From Trichosphaerium sp. ATCC 40318 (lineage: Eukaryota > Protista > Tubulinea): DNA of 56,793 nucleotides. The stretch covers positions 1 to 56,793 of the forward strand of contig JALMLS010000602.1 of assembly GCA_038496445.1 (NCBI GenBank), read 5' to 3'. The translations under genes were made by a program, and so were the position numbers. Below, in pieces: positions 1 to 12,946 of the stretch. The stretch's first letter is position 1, and each line of letters starts with the position of its first letter. The notes beneath the pieces are model-generated. The model worked only from the letters and a program-made list of their open reading frames with translations, searched no databases and was not told where the DNA came from.

Positions 1-2284
1 AGGCGATGCCGTTGTTGGAGGTAGAGTTGTTGTAGGTTAGAGTCGTTTGGGAGGTAGTGTTGTTGGAGGCAAAGTTGTAGGTGGTGGCTGAGTAGTTGGC
101 GGTGGAGGAGGGTTGTATTTGAAAGCAGAGATTCCCAAACTGACAGTAACATTCTCTTCTGTTTTGATGACAGACAGTGTTGTAGCGTTGATGTGTACTA
201 AGTTGCCATTTCTACAAGAGCCAACAAGAACATCACTTGATATTGGTGTGATACCTTTTAAGGTAATTGTAAGTTTGAGAACGTAAAAAAAAATGATTGA
301 TTGACGTACCTGCCATTTCACAATTGGGGATTGATGCTGAAGTATTGGGCAAACATGAACCAGCCATAAAATTAGTTGCTTGAGTTACTTGGTTAGTACC
401 AGCAATATACAGAACGTCACCGATAATTGTACCTAACACAATTTAGCAAAAAAAGCTTTTTGTAACTAATAGTTGTAGTGTACCACCAGACGCTAGTGTT
501 GTTTGGTCGTTGCAATGATGAGAATATTCACAGGTCTCCATATCAATTTCTAGGATGACAGGGCCTAAACTCTCACCAAAAATCCGTCCACTTTCTGCAT
601 CTACCATCAAACCAAATGTATTAGCGACAACAGTGCAAGTCCTATCCTATTCAAGGAAGTTAATACATAAACAATTTTTCACTGATCAACAAAATGTTTG
701 CAAAAAAGCAACGTACGATTTCACATGTGTAAGGATCAACCGTGAATATCCTACTATTTAAATTGATGTATATGACTTTATCGATAGCACTGCTATATGC
801 TAGTGCACTTGGAATACTACCCAGACCTGGTGTAGAACAACCTGGTAGAAGGATTAATAAATAAGGTAGAAAACAACAGTAACTTACCACCAGCAATAAC
901 ATTTGTGTTTGAAATCATTCGATAATCAAATCCTGGTTGGTCTTGTACTGTATCTCCCCTTCCAGTGATAAATACATCTATTACACCTCCATCTGGAGCT
1001 ATTGTAGGTTGTAGAGTGGGTGCTTCAGTACTAGGTGATGCAGTAGTAAAAGGAGCGATTGTTGTTGACACATCATAGAACATTGATGTGATTATAAGTC
1101 CATTTGATATACTTGTGGAGTAGTCTGATATTGCTCCTGTGTTGATATTAAATTTGCTGAAGCCGAAAATAGACGATGTAACCACTTCATCATCTGAAAT
1201 AAAAGCGAGTGCTAAGAAGAGTAAATCAGAAAAAAAAAGGAACTTAAGACATTACAAACACATACCAACAGGGGGAAAAGGTATTGCGAGAGTGCCTGTT
1301 GTAGAAGATGCAATACAATTTGGTGCATTAAAAGAAGGAATAACTGATATTAATCCATTAATACTACTTGCTACCAGTGTTGAATCGCTAAACACGACTA
1401 TAGATTGAAAGCAATTAGTAGTGGAACATAAAAGTACAAATACGTTTAACTCTTTTGTAAAGTACGAAAATAAACGAAACGAAAAAAACGTAGCCGGCAG
1501 TTTTCCAACCTGTAGTCTTTCCAAAAAAGGAGATGAGGAATTTCAGAAAATAAAAAATATTGTTTTGCGAAATACTCGTTTTGTAACGTAGCAAATGTAA
1601 TCGAGACGCACGCGCTGATCCTGAGGCAGTTAAATTAGCTTCACAGGCAAGGGAAAAAGTGATATCAGTCGTATTGCAGGTTGAGTAGTCTATTTCGGTA
1701 AAAAACGTAGTTCCGATTTCATTTGCTGCACTACTAATGGCGTAAAGTATCTCAGTGTTTGGATCTACGCTTATTGAAGAGAACCCGAAGCTCAAATTGC
1801 ATTCCTCCTATAGTTAGTTTTAGTATTGTGTTTGCTTGAAACTGAGGTTACATAGACCAAGGCTATCGCTCTCGGTAGAATTAGAAAATAAAACACAAAT
1901 GTAGGAGCGATAGCCGACTTTGAGTATTTGAACGTTGCAATTCTCTTGAAAGACGTGCGTACTTGTATTTGACATGTATAAGGGTCCATAATAAGGAGGG
2001 TTGAGGCTATTGGGTTTTGTTGAGGTGTTGCAACAAAAAGCAAGTTTTTAGAAGGCAAGTATGTCATTGTTCTTACCCCTGGGATTGAGCATGCTACGAT
2101 AATTTGTTAAAAAAATATAAATACTTTTTTTGTGATACGTACAGTGTACAACTATGTTATCGTTTGCAATCATGCGTATTTGGATTCCACTGGGATCAGA
2201 ATTTATAAAGGCGTTAGGGGTTTGTGTTGCGGCCAACCCGATAATGATGGCAACGAGAACAAATGCATGTCCACTGTAATTCAT
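1..2284 (-). CDS. Multi-exon secreted/surface protein with Pro/Thr-rich mucin-like segments; 3' end runs off the window
   Basis: N-terminal signal peptide MNYSGHAFVLVAIIIGLAA at 2284, consecutive minus-strand exons separated by short GT-AG introns, and PPTT repeats near 1-110. The apparent stop at 37-39 lies between two compensating indels in the PTT repeat. Confidence 0.7.
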
Positions 2285-2769
2285 TGCAAGTTATGCTTTG
2301 CTTGTTATGTTGGTACAATTTTGTTTTTGGTTAGCTAAAACCTGGTCCAAAAATAGAGTGTGTTCCTAATTATTCTATTATTCAGAAAAAAATTCCACTT
2401 GCGTTTTTTTGCATTTAGTTATCATCTGATATCCGGCACAGCATCAATCATCAATTTGACAACAAACTTTCTTGGATAAAAGTGGCTAGGCCTCATACGC
2501 TTATTTACGCGTAGAATAGGACCTAGAGTATGTACAAGGTCGTTTGTGGAGTTTTACCAGAAAGGAGATTTTATAACTTCTTACACGAGTTGCTCCCTTA
2601 ACACATCAATGACAACAGCGACAAAGAGATTTCATATGAATAACAAGGTAGTGAAATGAAACAATTCCGGAAAATAAGATTCCGTCTGTTTGTGTTGCGT
2701 ACTAACCACTATGCTATACCAAACGTATTAGCGCTCACTCTGGAGTATGGTGGAACCTGATATGACATT

Positions 2770-3290
2770 TAAGCCGTGGGTTCTTCAAAAGGCACGTGTA
2801 AAAACGTAAATACAGTGTTTGGAAAACGTAGCACAATTTGACGCAGCACGTGCTCTGTAACAGTTTCGAAAGAGAAAGTCTGGTTGACATATTAGATCTA
2901 ACTTACGTAATGTTTAGGGGAATGCGCTTATGTACAACTAGGACCTGATGCCAGCGTTTCTCCAACATCAGTGCTGTAAGCGCAGATATCAGATCAGGAT
3001 ACACTTTTGTTTCATTCCTTCACCTTCACCCTTTCTTTCCAAATTTACCAGGTGCCATTGCTGGAACATGTAGCCCAAGTGGTGGCGATCTGGGTGTATT
3101 CAAGATATACGTGCAAACCGAGAACGTAACGCATGGATCTGTAACGCGTTTCCGCCAAGTTTCATGACTCTATTGAAAATCGTCCAAATCGGCCATACGT
3201 ACTTTTATCGGAGAAACTAATACCACCAATGGTTGTTTTGCTTGTTTTCCTGACGGAAATCTATTGTCGACATGACTAGTAACACTAATG
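2770..3290 (+). pseudogene. Degenerate inverted paralogue of the secreted JAMM gene at 7649-8652
   Basis: About 2930-3055 is near-identical to the reverse complement of about 7908-8040. The flanks align with indels up to the NTTNGC..CFPD region, and the GC-AG intron is retained with an insertion. Homology may extend upstream to about 2430. Confidence 0.85.
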
Positions 3291-3319
3291 TCGCTACCCT
3301 TCCGCAATAGACCATTAAA

Positions 3320-4225
3320 ATGTCGGAACATGAAAAGTGCTCAACGTGGGTCAATCTAGTAAAAAACGAAATAGCTGACCTTATGTCATCAAAACGTCAC
3401 TTACATGAAATAAAACAAATCAAACCGCTTCAACAGCTTCCGCCAGAGACGTTAACACATATTTTAACCTACTTGGATAAAAAACAGCGTATTAGAGCTT
3501 CTATAGTCTCTCATCTATTCAATAACATCATCCGCTACAATATCGGCTTCAAAAGTATTAAATTGAAATGGATACCTGATTTCTCTGTTCTCAAAGGCAG
3601 TCCTTTACTTAAAAACACTAAAATTAATGTTGTTTGGGGTTTGAAGCTATCAAAAAGTGACATATCATGCCTTTTTGGCGTTCATACCATAGATTTTGGG
3701 TATACAAAGGTTACAGATAGAGATATCGTCTTACTGACACAAGGAGGAAAGCATAATATTCATAGTATTAGCTTGAGCTCAACAAATGTAACAGACACTT
3801 CATTGAAAGCGCTCAGTGGTGTACACACAATAGATGTTTACAACTGTGATAACATTACTGTTGAAGGGATAAAAGCTCTTAAAGATGTACATACAATAGT
3901 GCTTGGTCGAACATATGACGCATGGCTTAGACATCTTGGTAATGTACCTATAGTTCATATTTATGTGGGTGCCTATGTTACAGATGACGGCATTAAATGT
4001 TTGACTAAGGTCAAACATCTTGACATAAGTTTTTCTTTTATAACAGACGAAGGGTTAAAGCAGTTAGTACATCTGGAGCATCTTACACTTTTCAATTGTC
4101 CAGGAATAACAAGTGATTGTCTTCCACACTTGAAGTTTCTCAAATCAATAGACATCAATGGAGAAAACACAGCAATTACAAAGGAAGCTGTTGAAGCGTT
4201 AGGCATTACATGGAATCCTAAATAA
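3320..4225 (+). CDS. F-box and leucine-rich repeat protein (intronless)
   Basis: F-box LQQLPPETLTHILTYLDKKQRIRASIVSHLF followed by cysteine-containing-type LRRs (TKVTD, TNVTDTSLKAL, ITVEGIKAL, ITDEGLKQL). Confidence 0.9.
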   Translation: MSEHEKCSTWVNLVKNEIADLMSSKRHLHEIKQIKPLQQLPPETLTHILTYLDKKQRIRASIVSHLFNNIIRYNIGFKSIKLKWIPDFSVLKGSPLLKNTKINVVWGLKLSKSDISCLFGVHTIDFGYTKVTDRDIVLLTQGGKHNIHSISLSSTNVTDTSLKALSGVHTIDVYNCDNITVEGIKALKDVHTIVLGRTYDAWLRHLGNVPIVHIYVGAYVTDDGIKCLTKVKHLDISFSFITDEGLKQLVHLEHLTLFNCPGITSDCLPHLKFLKSIDINGENTAITKEAVEALGITWNPK

Positions 4226-4789
4226 AGTACAAATTGTAAGTTAACTAAAGATGCTAGTGACATTGTGTTGTCTGACCCCAGTTTTGTTGTACCACGGTTC
4301 TTACACTCTTTGAGATAAATACTATAAACGCCCTTGAGTGCTTTGATACCTTCACTTCTACACAACTGTTTACGATACTTTCGTGTACGCTTTGAATAGC
4401 ATCGGCCTCCTTTACCATGACATAATCGAGCAACAGTTGTCTTTGTCACACGTTTCAAGTATTATCCTTTGGCTTTCAGTGTAGGATTGATTGTTTGGGT
4501 GGTTGTATTGTTTTTGTTAAATTGGATGTTTTGGTTACAACCAAAGTGTACCTGCGCTATATTTTAGATGCTTGAGGTTTATGCAACGAAATCTAGACAT
4601 TAACAATTCTAAGAAAATTTTACTAATACATTCTAGGTATTGGATATTCTTTTAATGGTATTTCCTACACAGGAGCCTTATATATATTTAAAAAGAAAGG
4701 GACTTGATTGTTGTGTTAAAGGGTTTTGGTTAGTTCACCACTATGGCACACTATCGTTTCACAACGGCTGTGTCCATCATAAATAAAGG

Positions 4790-5568
4790 ATGGCACACTA
4801 TAAAAAGGTACTGCATTACTAGCTAACTTTACGTAACTAAATCACCTCAAATAGACTAGTACCGTCAAGCTTGCTGAGCACTACAGCGTTTTACACCTTC
4901 CTGTGGAGCTGCAACTTGATATTATTGATTTGGACAATGAGATATATCTTAAATGGCCTCTAATGTCAAAATATGCGGCGTCTACAACAAGGTTTGATAA
5001 GGACTTGAACAAAAATGGTAAGTGGTTGAAGAGAATAGACGGAGTACTGGCTTGTCAACAGTACTTCAATCATGGTCTACTGCACGGAGCAAGCAAGGAG
5101 TGGCATACTGGTACTTATTCCGAGAAGCTGAAGAAGCAGTGCAAATACAAAGAGGGTAAACTACATGGAGAATACAAGAGGTGGTACATTGATGGCAAAG
5201 TAAGGGTGAAGTGTGAGTTTGCAAATGATAAAAGAGAAGGAGAGTACAAGGAGTGGCATGAAAACGATAAAATAGCAGCCCTATATCATTATGTAGAGGG
5301 TAAAATAGAAGGTGAATACAAGCAATGGCATGAAAATGGCAACTTGGCAAAGAAGTATTGTCTAATAAATGGTAAGACTGAAGGAGAATACAAACATTGG
5401 CATGAAAATGGTAAATTAAAAGAACAATGCAACTACGTTAACGGTAGAGTTCACGGTGTACTAAGATATTGGCATACTAATGGACAAATATGGCAGCGCT
5501 GTTATTATATACAAGGAGTACAAGCAGGTGAGCACAGGTTTTGGGATGGACAAGGCAATAGATACTAA
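4790..5568 (+). CDS. F-box-like + MORN-variant (YwqK-like) repeat protein
   Basis: Exon 4790-4807 (MAHYKK), GT-AG intron 4808-4854, then LHLPVELQLDIIDL...WPLMSK and repeated G-x-Y-K-x-W-H-E-N-G units. Confidence 0.85.
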
Positions 5569-5782
5569 AAACTAAAAACAAAGCACGTGTGCAACTTTTA
5601 TAATTAAGCCTTATACTATTGTGTCGTTTAATGTACTTTGCTGTGTAGACTCGCTAACAACAAGTGCCGAAAAAGTGAATCGTTTTGTGGTGTTTTTGTG
5701 CTAGGGTCTTGTGTGGACTTCGTTGGACTTTTTTTATTCGCAGCCTCGCTGCATTCTTATTTTTGCAATTAGAACAACTGAA

Positions 5783-7148
5783 ATGGACGATATTGACTCA
5801 CTAATATCACAATTGGAATCTCCTCGCGTAGAGAAGCAAGAAAAGGCTGCTCCTGTTGTAAAAGCTGGTTCGGTTTATTATACTTTTGCTTTCTATTTCT
5901 AATCATGCGTCTAAGATGATAGCGACATGATAGAAAACGAACTAGCGCAACTCGTTGCAGAAATAAGTACTTATGGTGGTAGTATCACTCCACAGGCATC
6001 TCCACGCGTTGTTACACCTATTGTGCCTCGTTTAGTACCCAAAAGTACAGGTGATAGCGCCAGTGTAGGAAATGATCTATCTAAGCTTCTATCCGATATA
6101 TCTGGGGCTCTTAGCGCCAGAGACGAAGAAGAAATGGCAAAATACAGTATTGAATCGCCTCTCAGCGATTTTAGAGGCGTACGCTTTTGGTTTTACTGGT
6201 TTTTTGAGAAACGGCAATTGTTTCTCTATTTCTATCGTCTAAAGTCTATAAAAGGAACGTCATTTGTCCTTAATGGGACCTACTGAGATGTTCGTTGGTC
6301 AAAAAGCAAGATGGGTTGTACTGTCAAAGGATGAGACGGTAAGATATCCCAAAAAAAAAACGGTTTAAAATCAAAGCAACTTTTTCTGCTGAAAACTGAA
6401 CCACTGATAGGGAAGGTCTCGAAGGCTACCAGTAGATGAAATAAATTGGATTTTTAGTGAACCATCACGTATGCGTATAACACCTTCAGATAATAGAGTA
6501 CGGCCGTCCGCTTTATCCAACAACTGTTTTTTGCTCTAAGATATTCTTATTCCTGTGTAGGATTGTTCTTACTCTTTTGAATTTATGCCAACAAAGCCGG
6601 TAAAGCACATATTCTCTTTGCTTGTTGGTACAGATACATATTTTCAAAATGTTGAGGTCAGCTGCTCCGAGAGTACGTTACTTCTATTGAGAAAAAATGT
6701 ACAACAATTTGCTGACATGAATTCAGTTAAACATGCACATGCTACACATTCCGAAGCTTTCTATTCTAAGCACGCAAAAGCAAATGAACAAGTAACTATA
6801 ACTATCCAAGTAAAGGATATGAACGGAGCTTCTGTATTGAATGGTACAGTTTGGAACAAATTACACAGCAATCTTTGCAATAGCTCACAATTTGTTTAAC
6901 CCCAGGTGGTGCTAGTCTTGATGTTGATGGCCAAGGAAATAAACTCAAAGGTGTTAAACTGAGAGATCATCAAGATGGTACGATAGAATGCAGCTGACCC
7001 AAGCAGTAATGTTAATCCTTACAAACAAGGCAATTGCTCAGTTTCTTTCACACCTACAGAACAAAATTCTGAATACGAAATACGCATTATGATAGGTGGA
7101 GAACACGTGAAAAATTCACCTTGTGTTATCACAACAGGAAGGTCATAA
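5783..7148 (+). CDS. Filamin/ABP-120 Ig-like repeat protein
   Basis: Spliced product contains DNRDCSYSFEFMPTKP and LRDHQDGNCSVSFTPTEQNSEYEIRIMIGGEHVKNSP, which are filamin repeat signatures. Confidence 0.8.
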
Positions 7149-7648
7149 AGTATTGGTAACCATCTTGATGTAATCAAGATGTTTAAGACTTTAGTTTTTT
7201 CAAAAAAAGATATCCTTGCGAGAGTACTAATCGCAAAAGGAACATGTATTTCAATAAATAATTATTAAAAAAAATCACCTCACCTATCCATACAGGGGCA
7301 ATATCAATGTAGCTACTCTTTTGATTGGAAATCAGTCATGTGTTCTTGAAAAGAATTCGGAGCTGGATGGGATATTGTTGCTTAATTGAAACCATTTCGT
7401 CTCAAAGGTTATCAACGAAAACGGACTGTCAATTGATTCCGATTCAGAGACAAATGTACTAGTACTAGATATTTTGTTGACTTGCCTGAAACAGTATCGT
7501 GTGTGTATTTCAGCTTGAAACTATGTCAGGCCATAGTCTGAACATATGTAAGCTACGTTCCCAAAGGTGGTACTTGGTCTGTCAGACGCAGACATCATGG
7601 CTCAAGGTTCGAAATAAGAAATAAAAGTGCCAGTAACGAGTTTTTGTT

Positions 7649-8652
7649 TTATAATGGGTCTACATGGCCGTTACTTGCTGTGAGATCTACAATGTTTTGA
7701 TCGTCTGGGAAACAATCAAGACATCCATTGGTGGTATTCTTTACTCCCGTCAAAGAACCGGATAGGAAGACATTCAATTGAGTCATTGGAAACTTGAAGC
7801 TTGAAACGCCGTTACAGATCCATGCGTTTTTCATGTTCTCGTTTTGCATGAAGTACTTGAATGTATTCAAGTCAGGATCGCTTGGCACACATGTTCCAGC
7901 GATGTCACCTGGTAAATTTGGAAAGAAAGGGTGAAGGTGAAGGAATGAAACAAAAGTGTATCCTGATCTGATATCTGCGCTTACAGCACTTGTGATTTGT
8001 GATGTTGGAGAAACGCTGGCATCAGGTCCTAGTTGTACATAAAGGCGCCAATCATTCCCCTAAACATTACGCAAGTCAAATTGTGCTACGTTTTCCAGGC
8101 ACTTTTTTATTTTGTCACGTGCCTTTTGAAGAACCCATGTGCCAAACTCAGAAGGATTCTTATCTAATGGAAATCTTTCATTTTGGAGCCCAATTTTTGG
8201 TTGACAATCCAGCACCAGCGAAGATTTTACGTTGTCTCTTTTTTTTTCAAGTTAGTGTTTTACTTTCTTTGTACGTTTGGTGCGTTTGCGTACTTCGAGA
8301 AGTGCTCGTTGGTCAAGAGGGTCAACTGCAGATGAAAAAGTCTTCAGTACCCAACTCTTCCAGTTATTGTATGATGTTGGTGTTGCTGGAGGACTCAACT
8401 GTGTTGAGAGAAGAGTAGGACTACAGAAATGTAAACAAGTTGTTTAAAAAAGGAGAAAAACAAGCATTAGACACAAAGAGTGAACAGGTGGTAACAGAGG
8501 ATCACGTGCGTGTTTGGTTGATCTATTTTGTAAAGAACGAATTTACCAACAGTGTTCCATACTGTTGGTTGTGTTTGCCAAGCGCATTGAGATGCAGATA
8601 AAACGATGAAAGAGGAGAAGAGAAGAAAAGCGGCTTGAACTTTCATTTTCAT
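7649..8652 (-). CDS. Secreted JAB/MPN+ (JAMM-motif) metalloenzyme-like protein
   Basis: Signal peptide MKMKVQAAFLLFSSFIVLSA. The spliced product has PSEFGTWVL...FLHLHPFFPNLPGDIAGTCVPSDPD (E...HxH...SxxD). Three introns, two of them GC-AG (8421-8509, 8060-8122). Confidence 0.7.
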
Positions 8653-8728
8653 TTTCAACTTATTTTTTGAATTTTTGACCAAACAAAGACTTTTTAGGTA
8701 CTGTACTTCAATTGATGCAATTTATTGT

Positions 8729-10603
8729 TTATATGATAAGGCAGACTAACAAGTATCCACAAAGCAGACCAATGCTACTTTCTAATACAACTGCACTAGA
8801 TAGTTGAGTACTATTGTACGGAGGTGTGAATGAATCAGGGCTACTGGTTGTTGGCTCTTCGCTAGGAACACCTGCTTGCGCAGGTGAGTTCGAACTACTG
8901 GGTTGTCCTGCAGTTGACGGAGTATGTATTGGATTTGGTGATGGCGTAGTCACTGGATTAGCAATAGTTGTTTTCGTTGGCGGTCGTGTAGAAGGGGGAA
9001 TTGTAGTGAGTGGATCTGATGGTGGCGGCGCTGTGGGTGGAGGTGGGCATATGTAAGTTTCATCAGCAAAAAAAATTGACACAGTCGTTGATCCTTGGGT
9101 TACAACCTTATTTATAATTAGAATTAATATGAGTATTGATAGCACGTACCACACCTAAACCGCATCTAGTTCCACTCTCGGGTATCCAAGCTAAGTCCTG
9201 AGTTACAGGTTGATAAGGTTCATTTGGTAAGATGTTTGTAATGTGATTGTTTTCACTTGTGATGGAGAACAGAAGTGTCTGTCTACGCCCACTTGTTCTT
9301 ATTACAGATGCTATAAATGCTTTACTATCATTTGCAGCCGGAGCTATGACTACGTTGTTAGATTTTTGAATCAATTTCTATGTCTGTTGCAATAACATCT
9401 TCGTGAACTTTTTTAGGGACTTGTCGCGAATCAAAACAGTCTAGCGTAAGCTGTGTCAGTCGCACTGTATCTAAAAATAAATATGACAACACAGCAGCTT
9501 GTTTTGAAACAGGGTCATAAGCGACATCACGAAAGAAGTGAGTTGTGACACCTCTATTAGATGTAAGGTCCATCATCTAATCACAAGTTAAAGACATGTA
9601 AACAAAAGAGCTTTTTTGTTATTTACCTCTGTGTATGGAGAAGTGATTGTCCTTGTTTCGATGTTACTACCCCTGTGAAATAAGAAAAGGAAGCACTCAT
9701 CCATAGCAACAGCTGTTGTGTCTCTGACTGGTAAAGTCATGGAGGGAATAACTAAGTGTTGATTAGTTAAAAGTACCTTAATCAGTTGTTGTAATGTACA
9801 GTTAGTGTTCAGTTTTTTAACTTGCTTGTCCGCATTTACAAAAATAGGAAAATATGATTCTCTCACAATCAAGTAAGTACTCGTAGCTAAAGTGCACGTG
9901 TTTAGTACTGATAACTTAACAAGTTAAGTCACTTACGTCTTGCAAATGTAAAGCCTAACTGTGCATCATACACTGTTGTCCCAGTATGTAGTTCAAGAGG
10001 ATCCGACACCGTCAAATCCTATGCAAAATTAACACTATGGAAGCTTTGCAGCACGTACTCCTCCAGTATAACTAACAAAGCGGAGAAACATTGTATACCT
10101 TGAAGTTGCAACTGTATCTCGACTCAAAATCGCAAATTCATCCTTGCCATAAATAACTTGTACAAAAGCTGATCTCGCTGTTATTCTAACTACACTTGCT
10201 GTTCCACCAGATATTTCTACAACTTGTTTATTAATATCGCAAAGAGCGAGAAAAAAGCAGCTAATAAAACACGTGTTCTTGCCTTGTCTTGTTCCCATCA
10301 TTACAGCGAACCCAGAAATTGCCAGGGATCCATCTACAGTACTAGCGATACGCACTGCTATGCATACAACATCCCCTTTACCTGGTAATGAACCAGTTGC
10401 GATAACTGGATCACGTATGTCTTGATCAGTATCCTCAAGCACACCTTCAAAGCCTAGAGCACGCAAATTACCCCACTCATTCAACTCCAAACCAGATGCT
10501 ACTGTGTACATTTATTAGCTGGCTATACCGTATTTATAGTTGAAGGTAACATACTTCTAAATGACAGCAATACAACAACAAACACAAGGTGCTTAGTGTT
10601 CAT
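8729..10603 (-). CDS. Secreted/GPI-anchored surface protein with Pro/Ser/Thr-rich stalk
   Basis: Signal peptide MNTKHLVFVVVLLSF, multiple exons, a PPPPTAPPP/PST-rich region and a hydrophobic C-terminus SSAVVLESSIGLLCGYLLVCLII resembling a GPI signal. Confidence 0.7.
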
Positions 10604-11970
10604 TATGATCGATACTGGGTGCGAAAAAATCAGTATGTTTAAGTGAACCATTGCTTCGCGTGCTGTTGTTTTCCACTGTGTACAAGAGTCCTACCTAGAG
10701 CCAGATTATGTAAGCACTCCACTTTTAAAACAAAATTATTTTGATGTTAAAAATAGTTTTTTATTATTGACGCTTGAGTAAATAGTAGCCATACATACTG
10801 TGAATAATATATAGAGAGTATGAAACATTCACTAACAGTGATGTAGCCTACAATGACTCTAAAAAATAGTTTAATTTTGTGACTTTTTAAGCATTGTTTA
10901 GCTAAGTTATACTTATTGCACACATTATCAATTATGTTTTCATCACTTTGAGTAGGTGTCAATGGTCGTATTTAATAGCCTCAAAGCATGTTATTGAAAA
11001 GTAAACGCACAATAAAGTGCGTCAAATGTGGGAGTTTGTTGAATGATATTTGATGAAACAAAAGGTTTACTATTCTACACTGATGTTATATGTTATGTTC
11101 TACACTTTTCTTCATTAGAAAATGAGTATATGGCATAGTGGTGCCACTATGATCAATTGAAAAAATACACATGCCAATAGCGTTTGCACCAAAAGTACTC
11201 ACTTACATTTTTTTTTTCCCAAAGTTATCAAACAATCAATTTTACGTCTCAGTTATTGCCACCGATATACTCACATGCGTTGCAAGTGATGTATTTTAGC
11301 TGGCACATTTATGTGTTTTTAAAAATGGTCCAGTTTTCTACAGCTGGAATTTTTCGTAAAACCAATATTAAAGGCTAGGGCCAAAACGGTCCAAACCGTG
11401 ACAATGTATAAACAGAAGTATATGATCTGTTTATATAGTTTAGAGAATATCGATGGCATTGCCTGGCATTACACCTTTTTCTTGCCTTTTTGTTTTAAAC
11501 AGCGTTTTATGCTTGGAAACGCATATTCTACGCACGAATAACGCTTGTATAGTATTGTTCTTTGATTTTAAAGAGCAACTAACTTTTTTAGCCACTAAAC
11601 GCTGTAAAACACTTATAACTTCAGTTCCTACATATTTGGAACAATTAAAAGGCTGTGTAATGTGCAGGCATCATGAAACCGTGTTCAAAGAGTTTATGTT
11701 GCTACTTTCCTTTTAAGGCAACAAGTTTTTGCTTTTAAGTAAGTACTTTTTTCCGTGCTTACAACGTAATTTTATGCTCTCACACTCCACTACCTTGTTT
11801 AACAGCATCTTTTAAAGCCGATAAGCATGTGTGGAATGCTTACGTAATCTGGCTCTATGTGTGTTACGCAGGTGCAACGACATTTGGAACCCTGGTTACA
11901 TTTCTATTGGATCGCGCAACGCGTTTTACAGACGGCTTTTCTTTCGCTATTACTGTCTACTGAGAAAACT

Positions 11971-12466
11971 TTATTTTGCAGTAGTTGACGTGCACAAACC
12001 CTCAATACATGATCCATTACAGCACATGGAATTACAACAAGTAAATCCTTTCGGGCAACAAGTTCCGCCTCCTAAATCACGTGTCAAAAAAAAAAACGTG
12101 TTTGATTATGTACCAGCTCCAAAACAACACGTTTCTTCTTCGCCACAGCAAACGCCATAATGAGATTCTAAGGTGGGTTTATTATTGACTGAGGTAGTTT
12201 TTTTTGATTCTCACCTTTTTGTTGACAAGCATAATGTGTTTTGGTATCACAGCAGTACTGTCCAGTGTTTCCAGCGATGCATACTGTTTCTGTAGGACAG
12301 CAGAATTGTATGTTATTAACATCACATTTTTTCATGAGTTTGGGGCACTGTAAAGCGTTTGCGCCCAGTGCGAATAAAAAAACAACTATTTAAGAAAAAC
12401 CGTTGTAAATTCAACAATACGGTATGTTTATATTAACGTACGCGTTGTAGCGAGAGCCAAGTTCAT
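11971..12466 (-). CDS. Small secreted cysteine-rich protein, copy B
   Basis: 4 exons: MNLALATTLVFLFALGANALQCPKLMKKCDVNNIQFCCPTETVC...GTCCPKGFTCCNSMCCNGSCIEGLCTSTTAK. Frame and splice sites are intact. Confidence 0.8.
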
Positions 12467-12759
12467 TATTTTAATACAAGTATTGAATGTTTTTTTTCTT
12501 TATAAAGTGTCAAACAAGTTTGATATTACACTGCTTCCGTTGCGTGTTGACTTGAGAAATTTCCAACAAAATGGCGACCATTCAAGTTGACTGTGCGAAG
12601 AAAACCTACATAAAATGTTTGGACCCAGTATCGTAGTAACTGACGGCGCACTACCGACTAAAAAGAAGAATGCAGTTGGTTAAAAAAATCTTGAACAGAT
12701 TTTTTTATTGTCATTAAATAAAATGTACAAAGGATTGTACTTGTACACACATACATGCC

Positions 12760-12946
12760 TTAGCTGGTTGTACTATTACTACTATCAATAGTGCACTCAT
12801 AGCAAACTTCAGTCTTGTCATTTTTAAAGAAACTGAACGTGACCAATTGTCCTGACTTATCCCAAAGTTTATAATCGCCGTCTTCTTTCCACTTTTGTGA
12901 ATAACAATGTAGACGTAATTTACCTTCAGAATTCCATTGCTTATAC
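12760..12946 (-). pseudogene. 3' fragment of the MORN-repeat gene 20771-22208 carried in the duplication
   Basis: Reverse complement of 22022-22208 with a +1/-1 indel pair and no 5' part. Confidence 0.85.

Larger units (their letters stand above)
11860..12946. repeat. Left arm of a 1.09-kb inverted duplication (partner 22022-23111)
   Basis: The reverse complement aligns along its length to 22022-23111 with scattered substitutions and small indels. Confidence 0.95.

Noticed and set aside
30-55. Premature stop in the first gene
   Set aside because: Compensating indels in a low-complexity repeat at the window edge are most likely sequence error.
4903-5568. Bacterial YwqK toxin-antitoxin locus or contamination
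   Set aside because: The gene has a spliceosomal intron and an F-box-like segment, lies among eukaryotic genes, and has no adjacent toxin.
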